Numbered from the stretch's first letter, positions 13,401-27,280 are shown. The stretch: 64,000 nucleotides of DNA from Schizochytrium sp. TIO01 (GCA_004764695.1 SMSO01000031.1:5996761-6060760), one strand, 5' to 3'. Made by a program: numbers and translations. Notes: generated by a model not told the origin, from the letters alone.

Positions 13401-14828
13401 ATGAAACACCCCTTAGCATAACTGAACTGCCCCGGAAATGGAATAGCGAACGTATTGATTGATCAATATATATTTATAGACACATTCGTGTATTGCTTAA
13501 ATCACTTTTATCGGTGTCCTTTTGTTCTAATAGTTTGATTTATGAAACTTTTGAGCTTAATGTGAAGGGAAAATCCCATTGTGTGCAAGTTTTGCCTGTT
13601 CCAGACACTAAATGAGCAAGGGACCAACGCGTTTCGCATTTGATGCATCATAGGCGAGCTACGTTCATTGTATGTGAACTGACTCTAAATTTGTAACATT
13701 TTATCTGAGCGCACGTGGAACAGTTCAAGCCAATCTCCATATTATCAACTTTCTTTAAAGTTCGTAAGTTGGAAACTAACCTGTTCGAGCGAGAGCAGGT
13801 CTTACAGATTATGTTAACACATCCAGAGAAGCCAAGTAGACAAGGATTATCCTTGCAGAAGCAGGCAGGAGGTTGCGTCATACTATGATAGTGGTGTTGT
13901 AGTATATATGTTTTGTTGTTGCAGAAGTAAAGTTAAGTGTTTGCTGCGCGAATTGAAGAGTGGAATCCTGTAATTGGAACGATGTTTGAGCGGAGGACCG
14001 TGGAAGGAGTCGAAGAGTAGAAAATGTTCGTCATGATCAGCATAATGGTATTCAGAAATAAATCCTTGTTAAAGTTATACAAGCTATTAATCGTAGATAC
14101 GGTAGATACGGACATAACACATCTAGAGAATGTAGAAACAGTTCACATTTTTGATGAGATGGTAAAGATATCGGTATGCATATATATGAGGGTATTGTCT
14201 GTAATGTGTAGATGGATAGTATTTATGTAAGTAGGTAAAGTGCGCTTGTACGAACCTAATTATCAATCAAAGATGATAGGTAATTCACAGCCGCAAAAGA
14301 TAACGAACTCCACAGTGTGCTAGCAAACCAGCTTGAGGGCGGATTTATTTGCTTGTTCGTTTGAGAGCATAAAACATTGGATATAAGAAGGTTGAGATAA
14401 CAATGAAAACACATGATGACAGTGATGAGTGAGGGGGAATCAGGGATGTCGTCCACCCAAGGACGCTCAACTTTTGATGTCAAACCAATAGTCTCCCTTT
14501 TTCTTGTATTTCCCAATCTCAATCTCTTCACTCTTTTTTTTCTTTTCTTTCATCAACTAGCGTCTCACTCAGCTGTACTCTGATTTGACACAATGAGGCT
14601 TAGAAAAGAAAGCAAGAGAGAAGAGGCCACAACAAGGCAGTATCATGTGAGGTCAGAGGAAACACGCGGCCAGGATTAGTTGCAAACCGAGTTTCTGATG
14701 GCAGCAATTTAACCAATGGGCCCTTCTCTAACGAGGAGGACATCAGCCTGGCATTCATGCTGCAGACAGTCCGACGCTGAACTGTCAAGTTGATGGGTAT
14801 AGAAAGAGCGTTAAGACTTCCATGATCA

Positions 14829-16226
14829 TTAGGCAATCGTACAACAGGACTTCGGGGGCACCACCTCGGGCTCGGGTGTCGGAGGCGCGATTCGCTCATT
14901 GGGATACTGTAGTTTGTCCGTGTATGTTGTGGTGAAAAGCTCCCTCTCACAATTATCTGCGAAACGAAGTCTGCGCATTTCGCGGTCCTCATCGCTCGCA
15001 TGAACGATAGGTTGGAATTTAGGGTCACCAAGTTCACGAGGTTCTCGCAAGCGTGCCCGACGCAAACTCTTGGGTCGATTCCGTGGATTTCTGTTATTAG
15101 GCATTCCCGGGCTGTTAGTTCCCACAGGTCCAGTAGGTGGGCCTCCTTGACCATATTCTGACGAGTTTGCAGCATCTGCTTCATCACAGGCCTCTTCAAA
15201 AGCCTCCGGATCAACAGGCTGCCCAAGCGAATCCCTGGCCATCAAGAGTTTTTTCTCGCTGCCACTACCAGCCTTATTGCCGAGACGACTCCCTCCAGGT
15301 CCTTCACGGAAGCGACCATTGTGTCCTGAGGACTTAGCGCCTGCCTGAGGCAGCAAGGTCTCATCGCGGAAGGGCTCGCTATCGCGAACGCTCTTAGGCA
15401 GGCCCATTGGTTTGCCAGGCTCGACTTCGTCTTCAATTCCATGAGGAGCAGCTACGCTTAGACCTGGACTCAGACCATGTGCCAAATGATGGGGGTTTAC
15501 AGGAGCATTTATTGCGCTGTGAACGCCACCGCCTAAGCGCATGGGGGATGAAGTAGTATGCGAAACATTTGTGACATGAGAAAATGCGGCCGAAGAGGAA
15601 GGTCCTGCCGAAGACGACGACGAAGATGAGGCCAAAGATGAAGGTGAAGAAGACGGGGACGAAGTTAATGTGGCTGCCGAAGATGAGGAGGACATCGAGA
15701 ACCCTAAGCTTCCCTCCACGATTTGCACTCCATGATCTTCTTGTTGCTGCTGTTGATATTGGTAGTGGCTGTACTGAGTATTTGGAGAAATCTGAAGGCT
15801 TCGTCGATTATCGCTGTTTGAAAATCTCGGATGGTGTTGTTGTTGCTGTTGCTGTTGCTGTTCAGTTTGTGTGAATCCACTCCGCAGAGGCACTCCGTGT
15901 GCCCTGTGAATGAAGAGACTGTCTTGAATGCCGACCTCATCGAGACCCACCGCATTCTCGTTGTTGAGCGGTATGGGAGCTTCGCCTCCTACAACGTTGC
16001 CATCGTCAGCCGCCTGGGAAGATGCCACACGACTACCCGATGCCTTGGCTACGTCAGTCGCCGCGTTGGAGTTAGAGTTGGAATTGGGAGGACGGTCGTC
16101 GAAGATGTCCGCTACAGCGACAGAGGCGCCTCTGATCTGAGGGGTCTGAGCGGTAGAACTTGAGTTGCCGCCGCCACCGCCGCCGCCGCCGCCGCCGTCC
16201 CCCGCGCCCTGGCCGCCCAGCAGCAT
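14829..16226 (-). CDS. Low-complexity protein with C-terminal RVxF-like motif and CCaaX lipidation signal (candidate PP1-interacting membrane protein)
   Basis: Open frame of ~465 aa from ATG 16226 with poly-G, poly-Q and poly-S tracts. The C-terminal region has KSLRR and RRLRFAD and ends KSCCTIA. Confidence 0.75.
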   Translation of the reverse strand: MLLGGQGAGDGGGGGGGGGGNSSSTAQTPQIRGASVAVADIFDDRPPNSNSNSNAATDVAKASGSRVASSQAADDGNVVGGEAPIPLNNENAVGLDEVGIQDSLFIHRAHGVPLRSGFTQTEQQQQQQQQHHPRFSNSDNRRSLQISPNTQYSHYQYQQQQQEDHGVQIVEGSLGFSMSSSSSAATLTSSPSSSPSSLASSSSSSSAGPSSSAAFSHVTNVSHTTSSPMRLGGGVHSAINAPVNPHHLAHGLSPGLSVAAPHGIEDEVEPGKPMGLPKSVRDSEPFRDETLLPQAGAKSSGHNGRFREGPGGSRLGNKAGSGSEKKLLMARDSLGQPVDPEAFEEACDEADAANSSEYGQGGPPTGPVGTNSPGMPNNRNPRNRPKSLRRARLREPRELGDPKFQPIVHASDEDREMRRLRFADNCERELFTTTYTDKLQYPNERIAPPTPEPEVVPPKSCCTIA

Positions 16227-19200
16227 GGTAGGGAGGAGGAGGAGGAGGAGGAGAGAGAGGTGAAGAGAGCGAGGAGGAACGAAGAGGAGGAGAAGTGGAG
16301 GATTTACAGGCACTTGAATGCCTTGAATCGTTCATTCCTTAATTTTCTCATTCATCATATCATTTCACCATACTCACAGTATAATAATAAGAAGAAAACA
16401 GAAAGAAGAAAGAAAATATACCTTTAGAGTAGGATGCTACCTACCTGCCTAACAGGTAGATAGTACCTACTACTAGGTACTTTTATAGTCCTGCCTTATC
16501 GCTGTACTACTCAATCCTTTTATTCATATCATGGATAAAAGGATGTCAAGCGATCATTATACATGAGGAACTTTAAATTTTAGAACAAAAGAAAGAAGTT
16601 AATCAACAAATATCATTGCTCGCTAGTGAATACTTAGTGCCTCTTATTGCCTCTCAATTGATAATGGTGATTTTTATATTTACTCGTTCAATCAAATCAA
16701 CTTTGAATCAAGTGAATGAATGAATGAATTGATGAGTTAATCAATCAATCAATCAATCATTCGCTCCTTCACTCACTCAAAGAAGAAAGGCAGCATAGAA
16801 CGGAATCCAAGGTTTATCCTCACTGTATTGCATGCACATGGCCAGAGTGGTTCCAATCGTTTAAGCTTTTTAACACCGTCTTCAGAAAGCAGCATGAACC
16901 AACCAAACAAACCAACAAACCTCATCCGAATGCGTACAAGTCAACTCCGAATTATTCGGAGTCTCCGTTCGTCTTAAGATGTGAAAAACGAGAACATGGA
17001 AAGTCTGAGCTACTATTTTGATAGTTCGATTTCGTTGATGCTCAACTTTTAAGAACGAATCAGCAAAAAGGAAAGGTGAACCTTCTCAATACAAGAAAAG
17101 AAAGAAGACATGGGCACTCAAAAGAATCAGATGCGCAGCAATAAGAGGCAGCTTGGTAGCCTTGCTGATCATCATACAGCCTAGACCATCATTCCTTTAG
17201 GCCATAGCTGGTGATGAGCTACCTGCCTGCCTACCTCGGGCGACCGAGTGCTTTTCAATTGGATTTATAGTAAATTAGATTTATAGTAACACTAAATTCG
17301 ATTTATACTAAATCGAGTTGATACGTATACCTTCTTGGCCTACTTACAGCAGAAGACCACTTGCACTTAGAGACTAACCTCCAAATTTTGCAAAACTTGC
17401 ATTTGCTATGGTGTGGGCGGGTTAAAATCCATCCTGAGACTCACAGACAATGTTTAAGTCATATCCTTGGATGGGTAGCGTAAAAGGATGCCTCTGGCGT
17501 CACAGATATCACGATCAGTTACGAGTTTACATTTTCTGGTGGTACTTGAGAAACTTGGATGTTCCGAGCTTGTCGTGGATGGTACCGCTTTGATTGCATA
17601 CTTTTGAAGTGCAGTTCTCTCGGCAAACACAGTTTACAGCACTGGCACCGGGAATTTTCGGCTTTGTGAAGGAGCGCTCAGCGGAAGCCAACGACACATC
17701 ATTCGAGCTGTCTCGATTTTGATTTGTCTCGTTAACTTCTTGAGGTTTCGAATTGGGCCAGGATAACAAGGTAGTTTTCACAGAAGCTTGTGGTGAATGT
17801 AGGTAGTCCAGTAGGACGCGCAAGCCCTGCCTTTTGAACTTGAACCCGCTACCTTTGTCTTTGTAGACGGCGGATACGTCTGGATTTGTTACACTTGGAG
17901 GGTTTGGAGCTTGGCCATTTCATTTTTTAACCTGATCTCTACTTCTTTTATAAAATTAAAGCAAAGACCTGAATAGTTATAATTAATCATTCATATGAAA
18001 TAGTCACTATCGTTTACAGGTTATACAAGTTTTGACGTTTTCATAGGTAAGCTGGTTTTATTTCAATTTACAACATTTTTGCTAAAATCAAAAACTAATT
18101 AAATCTATCTATCCAAATGTGACTTCCATAAACTTAGAGCCGTGCCATTTAGGCTAACACGTCCCTAACTCAGACCAGCTTGAGCACATTATAGACTTCT
18201 CAATAGCTGTGGAAGTAGATACTTGAGTATATGGGGTAAGTTTTTTTGCTTTTTCAGGATAACTCTGAAGAAAATGAACGTGGTAGACAGAAAGAGCGGG
18301 AAGAAGAAAGAAAAAAGTAAAAAGTAAAAGAGAACTTATGTAATTGAAACATGAAGATACCAGCGTCTCAAGATCAGCTTGAAAGAATACCTCGACCAGA
18401 TGAAAAGAAGCTAGCATGGTAGAAGACTTGGTTAGGAGTGCGTTGAAGCATCAACGCAGCAGGTTTTGGAATTGAATGAACTTGCAAGGCACAGAGCATT
18501 AATTGAAATTCATTTTTAATATTTATATTATGCCTATATAATAGCAATAATAGTAGTAGTCATCAATAATGCATTACTGCGCTTAACAAGCGAACAGGGT
18601 CATCTTGATTTATTTCAAGAAGTTAAGAGTTGGTTCTTGTTACCCCATTGATGCTAGCCTGAGCAAAGGAAAGGGTAAAGAAAAGAAAACTTCTATTCAT
18701 CCAAAGATAAAGTTTCGAGGCAGTAGTGGTATGCAGTAATATTGTTTTGTAGTTGAATCAACGAAAACAACGTTCCATTAAACAGCTTTTCACCTCAAAA
18801 TCTTGACATGTAGTGGTATCTGATCAAGGCAGACATGAGAAACTTTCATCATTGTTGTAAGAATGATAAATATAGGCAAGAACTTGAAGTCAATGCTGGC
18901 TAGGAGTGAGTTTGACCGACGACTCACTTCTTTCTGAAAACCTTTTTCTTAAATCAAAGACCAATTAGTTGTTGCAATATCAAAGAAGTAAAAGTTAGCT
19001 AGCCATATACTGTGATCGCTCTGAGAAGTTGTGTTGTATAGTTTACGTGATCCCAGCTAATGATAACTCTTGTAATTATTTCTTTTCATTCTGTGGGTTG
19101 TAAAATCTACATATAAATACAAGACGATCGAATATTTTATTCAGTTATGAACAAAGGGTTTTCTAAAAATTCTACGGAGTTGCTACAGAACAAGGGTCTT

Positions 19201-22103
19201 GGAAGGAAGACAAGGAGGAGGATTTCGATCCACCATACACCAGGCGAGCTACCCAGTTCAAGGATAGGCTATGCACTAAAACAGTATAAGGGATGCTTCA
19301 ATTCACCATTAGCTTTGACTTGGATAAGGATACCTCAAGAATGAATGAGTAAACTAGCTAGAATCAAATGTTATTATTTTTGGTACCTATAAGATATTAC
19401 CAAATTAAGCTGTGCTTATCTGAAGAACTGCTAAACATGAATAACTTCAGTTCAAAATTAAATTAGTCGAATGTCAACGGCTAATGCAAGTCTCCCCTCA
19501 ATCAGGTCGCACCAAAAGCAAGCGATACTCAGTTCAATTTTTGATAGTTTATTGTTGTGAAGCCACCACCACTTCCACCCTACATCAAGATATTACTTTA
19601 CACTATGTCCTAAATACGGTATGCATCGTTTTTCCCGACGTGAGTACGATTTAAAATATTTGGTTTGGTTAATGAACCATGATTATGCTTTTTTGAGTCA
19701 ATACAATTATTTCCGGGATCGGAGGCCCAAAACATGGCGAAGATGCTGTAAAGACAGATTGTTTACAATGCTATTGAACGTTCCGAACACAAGGTGTTCC
19801 TCTCAAAAGAAAGAGAGAATAATAAATATACACCGGCCTCAACAAACTTCATGTGACCAATCCGTTCAGAAGTCTTAGTCCCTTTAACATAATGTATATA
19901 TTCTTAAATTTCGATATGGCTGCCCACATCGTGGTATAAATACAATTTTACTATACAGTGAGGGTTAGAAGTAAGAGGCAAAACGCTAGGGGGTTTACAA
20001 GGTTTTAAATATAATAATGATAATAGTGAAACAAATATGTGAGGAGTGTTAGGTTATAGTCAACCGAAGGGTTTTTAATATGGTAGGGTAGTAAACAAAC
20101 ATTCATTATACAATTGCACTTAATACAACTGATGCATTTATACACTTCAGTTATGTAATACTGGAGCTCCCCTCTCAAGGTTTTGAGTGATGTCAGAGGA
20201 AATTAATAAGGCATTGTTAGGTTTCGATTAGCAACTTTTAAATCGCATTTTCAGGACATGTAGTTGAGGTGTTTCTTGTCATAGATGACATCAACAAGAT
20301 AACCTAAATTAATGTGCATTTTCAGGAAACTAGCTCAGTTCGGGCTTATATTGATTTGAAAAACAAGGGAAATGTGTGATAAAGAGTTTCCTGTTGGTTT
20401 GATTTGATCTGTAAATCATTGCTGATATTATCAACCAAGGCTTCATGTGGACAAGACATTGTAGCAAAGCCCTTGACACATAACTATAGACATCAAGCAT
20501 CAGGATTTTGATACGATAGGAATATGAGTATCAGATACGAAGGCGTGAGACTAAAGAAATTCAAGAGTTGAAGTGCACTACATAATCAAAAACATGTAAG
20601 CACAGTCGGGACTAGCTGTCAAAGAAACGACAGAACTCAGCTCTGTAATTATGCGTAATACAAATGAAGGTTGTCCAAGTCTCTTACTTTGAAGATAAAC
20701 GAGTCTATCAGGTTGTTCAGTTCAGCAGGTCGCTAACTCCATCAACCAAAGAATACAATACCTTCTTTAAACTTACCAGTCTCCTTCTCTTCATCTCCTT
20801 ACTCAATGGGATCTTGCAATCGAGGTCTGCGTTGCTCATATGTCGATTACTACGAAAAGGAAGCATCACATAATAGTCCACCAAAGCATGAAGTTAGAAT
20901 ATGAACGGACTCTATCATCGGACAAATATGCAGCTGCCTTTGGGAATCAAAATTTGAAGCTACAAGCTGCCAAACCGGAAAAGTAGAGGTTTTGGGGTCT
21001 AGAAGTACAACTATTGAGATAGGGGTCGGATGATTATGGAAGTAAAATATACTGTAAACCTGATTTAAAGAGATAGTACTGATATTGCATATGATCTGGA
21101 CCAGCACTTGGCTACATTGTGTCAAGAGACGAGCTGTCTGACTTACATAAATTGATGGAACATTCCATGAGAACAGGGTATGCTGTCGTTGATATTAATA
21201 TCTGAAATTCATGATAGTCTCCCAACGTTCATCTCATTATATTGTCAATTGATGTGAGGAATGAACATGTGCTTCATGTCGAATCTTATGAATACGCTTT
21301 CAATCTGAGGTAAAGAAAAAAAGAGAGAAAGATTCAAGTGTGCCTGTGAAAAGCAGGTTTATGTCTTGGTAAGGAGCCCTAAGTCTCACGGAAATACCAC
21401 CACACATGTTGTTCTTACTATTGTTGTAGGCTTATTCTAAGTTTTAATTTTGGCTTCTGATTCACAACATGGAAGCAAATCTTATTATTTTCTTACCGTT
21501 CACTAGCAAGTAATTATGTATATTTTTTTTATCTTCTTAAAAGTTAAATTAATTTATTAAGATAAAATAAAAACGAAAATCTCAAAAGTATGCTCAACGG
21601 ATAGATTGAAAGAGCAAAGATGATGGGTTGTATTTCCTATCTGAACGTAGTCCTTTACGCTTACTTTAATTGCTCTATATTTCAAGATGGGATAACGTTC
21701 TTTGGCCTATAGAAGTTCCGCAAAGGGCTATAGCTCACTCTCAGTGATGACCAGCACAAGCGCGATTTTCCTTACAATCAAGGCACGGAGAACCTATCTC
21801 AAATACTTCATTAGCCTATTTAGCAGAAGCTGCTTGCTGCGCAGTGCTGTGCGCCAAGCCCTGCTTTAGACATTGAATCTTATCTACTAGTGCGAGCGCG
21901 AAGCTCCATCCAAACCTGGAAACTCTATAACTCTGGCCTGATACAAGCGCGCAGGTGCCTTGACTTCTATATTACATCGGAAAAGAAACACTGGTAACTC
22001 TTCAGTCGTGGAAACAGAGTGTATCTAGCTTTTGGAGAGCAGTCTGACCGCATGCTATCACGGGCGGCATTTCAATAATTTCGCAAACTCAGAAACTGCG
22101 GAT

Positions 22104-25100
22104 ATGCCCTCAGCGGCTGGTGAGGCACCTCTAACTGTGCACGTTACAATCCCTTCTAGCATACCAATAAATGATGAGGATGAGCAGCCCGTACTTTGTT
22201 TCGAGGATGTCTATAACGCACGTGTTAAGGTCCTGGAACGTATGAGCGTTGTCATTAGGAAAGTTCAAAGTCTTATTAATAGCAAAGACATTACGCCATC
22301 AATGCGAAAACTCCATACAACTCGCTATGATAATATATGTGCAAGCTACGTAATACATATAAACGCACTTGCAATGTACTGTCTATCTCACCAGCATGCA
22401 GAAGAGTGCGAAATTTTATTGGTGGAGGCTCGCCGTCTAAGTGATCCAAAGTGGAGCAAACGCTGTGCAGATCTTCGCGTGCTGACTCTTAATAATTTTG
22501 CTTGTCTTTGCCGTTTTAACAACGACTGCAACCTTTCTATTCAGATCTTAAAGGAGGCTCTCAAGCTCTCACGAATGGTCTCAGATGATTGTGAACACCT
22601 TGCTGTCACCCATCTTTTACTCTGTGCAGCATACTCAGTGCTAGGGCGTCACGAGCCAGCGTATAAGCATACTTCATTTGCGATTAATATTGCCCAGCAC
22701 ACAATTCGCGAGCTTGGTGTGTCGGCTGCTACACAACGTGGAAAAACAAAACGTGCTTCTCGCATGAAAAAGCGTAATCTATCTACTGTGCTAAATTTGG
22801 CATATTATGACGCAGCGATCGAAGCGAATTATCTTGGAATGCTATCCACAAGTCAGGAGTTTCTGAATAAATCAGACAATGTACTTGAACGGAATATTCG
22901 CTGGCATCTTGAATACGCAGTCTGCCCAACCGAGCAAGAGCGCTTTTCTATTGCAAATACCTCTTCACACGGTCAGGATGACAACCTTACAATAGAACCT
23001 TATTACTGGCATCTCGAGGAGGACAAGAACCTCTGGGGAGATAAACTTTTCCAAGCTTGGAATACCATTAAAGTTCATTCATCTCCTCAACGTAAGGTGT
23101 CAACTACTCAAAACAACAGCAGCAAGTCCCATGGTACTGCTGATGTGCCTTCATCTTCACCAACTGCAAACATAAAGCAAGTGTTACGGCGAAAAACTCC
23201 TTTAAACAGTCCTCAAAATAGGTGTCCAAGCACAAATGATGAACTGAAAGAATTTGTCCACGAACAAAACGTGCAAATGTGCTCCTCTGCTGTTCGTCAA
23301 GTTCGAGCTTTGCGAGAACAACAATTTCAGCACAATGGTAGAGCGCAGAACTATGATTCAGAAGAAGGCAACCAAACACACACAGAAAACTTAGTACCCC
23401 ACAAAACAACAACGTCCTCCTCTGGGAGGCGACCGATATCTCGAGAACCCCGTGATCAGCTTGTTGAAGAACCATTAATGGCGTCTTTGTGCTCTACTCC
23501 ATCATGCCAAGATAAACCTTATACTACAGGACGAACAAAACACTCGTCATTAATGCAAAGGCGCACTCAGTCTCCTGTTTCGAAGACAGTTCAACGCTTA
23601 TATGAGACAAAGAAATCATCGCGTGAAAACAACGAAGCTAAAGATGCTCCTCCAGTAGACTATACTATTAAAGCACCTCAGCGAGCACAACAACGAAAGG
23701 CTATGGACAGGCTTTCTGCTCCGCGTAGCGAGCTTCAGGCAATTATTTCATCTGCAAACTTTGGGACAGATGCAACGCCAATGAACCAACCTAAGCGTTT
23801 TATGGCTAACTTTTCTGTAAAGCGCAGCATACGCCCAAAGTCTGCAGAAGCAACTCGAACAAAAGAAGAACTCAAAAGAACAGATGATACTGACGGGACC
23901 TCGTCCACGTCAGTAGAGGAGAAGTCCTACACTGCACGCCCTCAATCTGCTACTAAAGCACCAACAGGTGGGCGAAGATCTAAATCCCCAAGAAGGCGTC
24001 GTCCAAATCGAGCGGAAAGAGCGGCAAAGGCGAAGATATCATATTTGCATGAATTATACGAAGCACCAGAATCCCAAGCCGCGCTCCGTTCTAAGCATCT
24101 TGAATCTCCTGCTAACAAAACACAAAAGAGGAGGAAGCAGAAGAAGAAGAATTCAGAACAATCATACTCTCCAGTTGGTGAGACGCGCTTGACTGAGGAT
24201 GTTGAGACACAAATTGGTTCCTCTATATTGTCCTCCCCAAACCATAATTCAAAAGACAAATCCAATACAGAGGTTATTGATTTTGAGTACATAAATGAGG
24301 AATATATATGCAGCGACACAACGAAAGTTGAGCAATCTTCCAATTGCTCTCTCCTCGAAGGTAAAGAAGATGCTCATGTTCAATATGTAGACAGGAGGTC
24401 CCTATTTATTGATGAATCAAACTCCAGTCAGCTTTGCGAAAAAAGTTCGGGCGTAAATTTGTCTGACAAAAACATTAAGAATACAATCACATCAAGAAAG
24501 GAATTTGAGTCGCCACAATTGCCAGTGGAGAATATTGTTGACAATAAAAGTTCTTCCCACTGTAATAAAGATCACATCCTGGACATAAAGACGAAGAGAT
24601 CTCCTGATATTAGCGACTATGACGCAGCTACTCTACTTTTGTCCTCTATTGATCACACCAATGATAGAGATGTATTGGATCATCCACATGAAGTAAGTCA
24701 GCAGAATAAGAGTTTTGAACCACAACAAATAAACCCTCCAGATTTTGAAGACAAGAAGGAAATTGGGGACCACAGACAAGGGTGTATACTAATTACGGAG
24801 GAGGAGGATGCCCCTACATCAGAGCGATCAAGCGCCTCTCGAGTTCAATCTCCAGCATCTCCAGATGTCACAAGTATGGATGAAAGTAGGAATTTTGCAT
24901 CAACATCAATAACATCATACCATGTACAAGATGCTAGTCAGTCCCAGGACGATGTGTCAGCACGCTCACTTGATGCAGCAGGCTCTTTTATTGAAAACTC
25001 CGGCAGTATATATACTCAAGAGTCTGAAGAATCGCTACTAGAAAGTAATAGAAAGCATAGCCCTCGGTCCTCTCATATTATGGATAGCTCGGTGATGAGA

Positions 25101-26514
25101 TCACAAGATGATGTTACTGAATCGGATAATCTGAGCTATACACACATGGTTTCCGTTACTTCCCCTCCTCCATCATCACTTGTACCTGCCTCAAATGAGG
25201 CCAGATCTTTTCACCAGGAGCCTTTTGTTGATAGCTCTAACGCAGCCGACGTGGTAGAGGAACACAATATTCACAAGGAGCACAACGTGGCTAAGAATAG
25301 TCACAAACATTTATGGCAAGTTGATTCACAGACCAGTGGCACGCACACTAGTATGTCAAAAAAACATTCAGACAGTGCATCAGCCACGTCTCCTAATGGT
25401 TTGACTCATTTTCAACCGTCGGGTATGTCCCATTGTATGACATCGCGATCAGGCCATGAAGACAAGGCTCATGATATTGGAACCGCATCATTTGTAAAAT
25501 TACATGACAAATATGAGAATCCCTCGATCAGAGGATCTGCAGGACCTGGAGATGTCACCGAGCCTTCGATAGAGACTGAGGAGGCATGCATATCAGACAC
25601 TGGCTCAGGAAACACCAAGTCTTATTCGGAATCAACAAGAGAATCAGATGGAACGACCCAACTTCCAACGGAAAATACCGTAGTGAAGGCTTTGGCTCCG
25701 ACGCGCACAGCACCCACGCGAAAGATAAACAATAAATCGTTAGGAAACGCAACTGATATCAACTCGACAACCGTCAGTCATCAAGGCACAAATGAAGGTT
25801 TCTTAGAACAAGTACATGTAGAAAATCTCAGAATTGACAAAGAAGAGAAAGAAGAAGGTGACAGGAAAAACTTACATGGTTTTAATAACAGGAGTGTGGA
25901 CGACAACAAGGGACAATACTGATTCAAGCTTTGAGAACAAAGTTAATGACAAGAACGACAAACACAATCATCTCGAGAATCATGCTAAACATAACAAACA
26001 CTCCCAGGAGCATCAGAAAGAAGACAATAAAGTAATATATACAGGAACAAGGTCCGATAGGCATTCTGAAGTTGACTTGGCTTGGTCTTCTTCAACCTCC
26101 TCTTTGCTGTCAAATTGGTCTACAGCACAGGATAACATTGTGTCTTTTGAAAGTGAAATCAATGAATCGACGAACTCATTGAGTTGCAGTACTTTTAGTT
26201 CAGCTCCATCGTGCAGCAACACATACCAGGTGAATGGCAATATACATGGTGAACTTTTATTTGAAGGGAATGGCGACGACGACGACGGTGATAGAAACAA
26301 CGATTTTTTTGCTAGATTGAGGAGGCCGCAAGACAACCTGGAAGATTCGCTTGAGGTAGATGAACACGAATCCAGCTGTAGCTCGTTCAGCTCAGCCCCA
26401 CTTGGGAGTGTCATATTTGGGGACGAGGAGCTCGACGGGCTGAATGATCCATCAGTGTCAACTTTTTCGAGCGGTGGGGCTTCGATCCTTTCGCCTGATT
26501 CAGCTTTTCATTGA
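22104..26514 (+). CDS. Large protein with N-terminal TPR-like domain and long disordered Ser/Asp-rich tail; frame change near 25910
   Basis: TPR-like helices (LTLNNFACLCR..LKEALKL; AVTHLLLCAAYSVLGRHEPA; LNLAYYDAAIE). The first ORF stops at 25922. Similar D/N/S-rich sequence continues in the +1 frame to 26514 and contains a repeated S-x-F-S-S-A-P motif. Confidence 0.75.
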
Positions 26515-27280
26515 GAACTGTACGCCACCATACTAGGTCTGCGTCACTTAAATCAGCCAATCGTGCAACCCATGAGTTCTCCTGCACTTTGTAGAGTAAC
26601 TCAAGCGCTTTCTGCATAGTAGTGACCTGAATCAAGTCTGACATGCGTTCTGTACGTTGAAATAAAGGCTCCAGGACGTCTTTAAAAACACTGTGAATGA
26701 AGGATGAAGATTGAGACCATGAACAGTATAAGCATAACGAAAATTTGAGAATGCCGTATCCCGGAACCCACTTGATAAGCGGTTCTGCTGTTGCCTCATA
26801 AAGTCTCAACAAGGCGACGCAGCACCACAATTTCAGCATGTCGCTGCCTGATGCCATCCGCTCTTTGGAAAGCAGTACCACAGCTTTGTTTGACTTGATA
26901 GAGGTACTTGTCCTTTTATCTCTCCTGATACGTTTCTCAGAAAGTTCACCTTCTTCAAGTGCCCTCAGAAACCCAGGTCCAGAAGAACTCCATTCCCCGG
27001 CAGCATTCTTTACAATTCCATTCGCGCCTACGAGAGGGATGCTATTAAGTTCAACAGAGGTAGAGGCAAAAGCATGGTAGGTCTCATCTTCGCTCTCGAG
27101 GTAGGTCTTCGACTTTATGTCCACGTCAACGCTGCTGATATCAAAGTCAGCCTGGCCTCTGCCATTCCTACGTGAAGAGATCTGGAGGCTCGAGTGACTC
27201 GAGGAGGTGTCGTCTCGACCGCGTAGAAGTTTCAGCGAAGCCCAACTGGCGCTGGCCTGGAGCACGAGGGCAGCGCTCAT
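26411..27280 (-). CDS. TB2/DP1/HVA22-like membrane protein
   Basis: LKLWCCVALLRLYEATAEPLIKWVPGYGILKFSLCLY...VFKDVLEPLF resembles the HVA22/REEP core. First ATG is at 27280. Confidence 0.6.
   Translation of the reverse strand: MSAALVLQASASWASLKLLRGRDDTSSSHSSLQISSRRNGRGQADFDISSVDVDIKSKTYLESEDETYHAFASTSVELNSIPLVGANGIVKNAAGEWSSSGPGFLRALEEGELSEKRIRRDKRTSTSIKSNKAVVLLSKERMASGSDMLKLWCCVALLRLYEATAEPLIKWVPGYGILKFSLCLYCSWSQSSSFIHSVFKDVLEPLFQRTERMSDLIQVTTMQKALELLYKVQENSWVARLADLSDADLVWWRTVLNEKLNQAKGSKPHRSKKLTLMDHSARRAPRPQI

Noticed and set aside
16995-17400. RNase P/MRP RNA (GGAAAGTCTGAG resembles conserved region I)
   Set aside because: No complementary TCAGAC-containing region V was found downstream.
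17527-17823. Cys-rich ORF (CVCRENCTSKVC)
   Set aside because: No in-frame ATG start and no recognisable domain.
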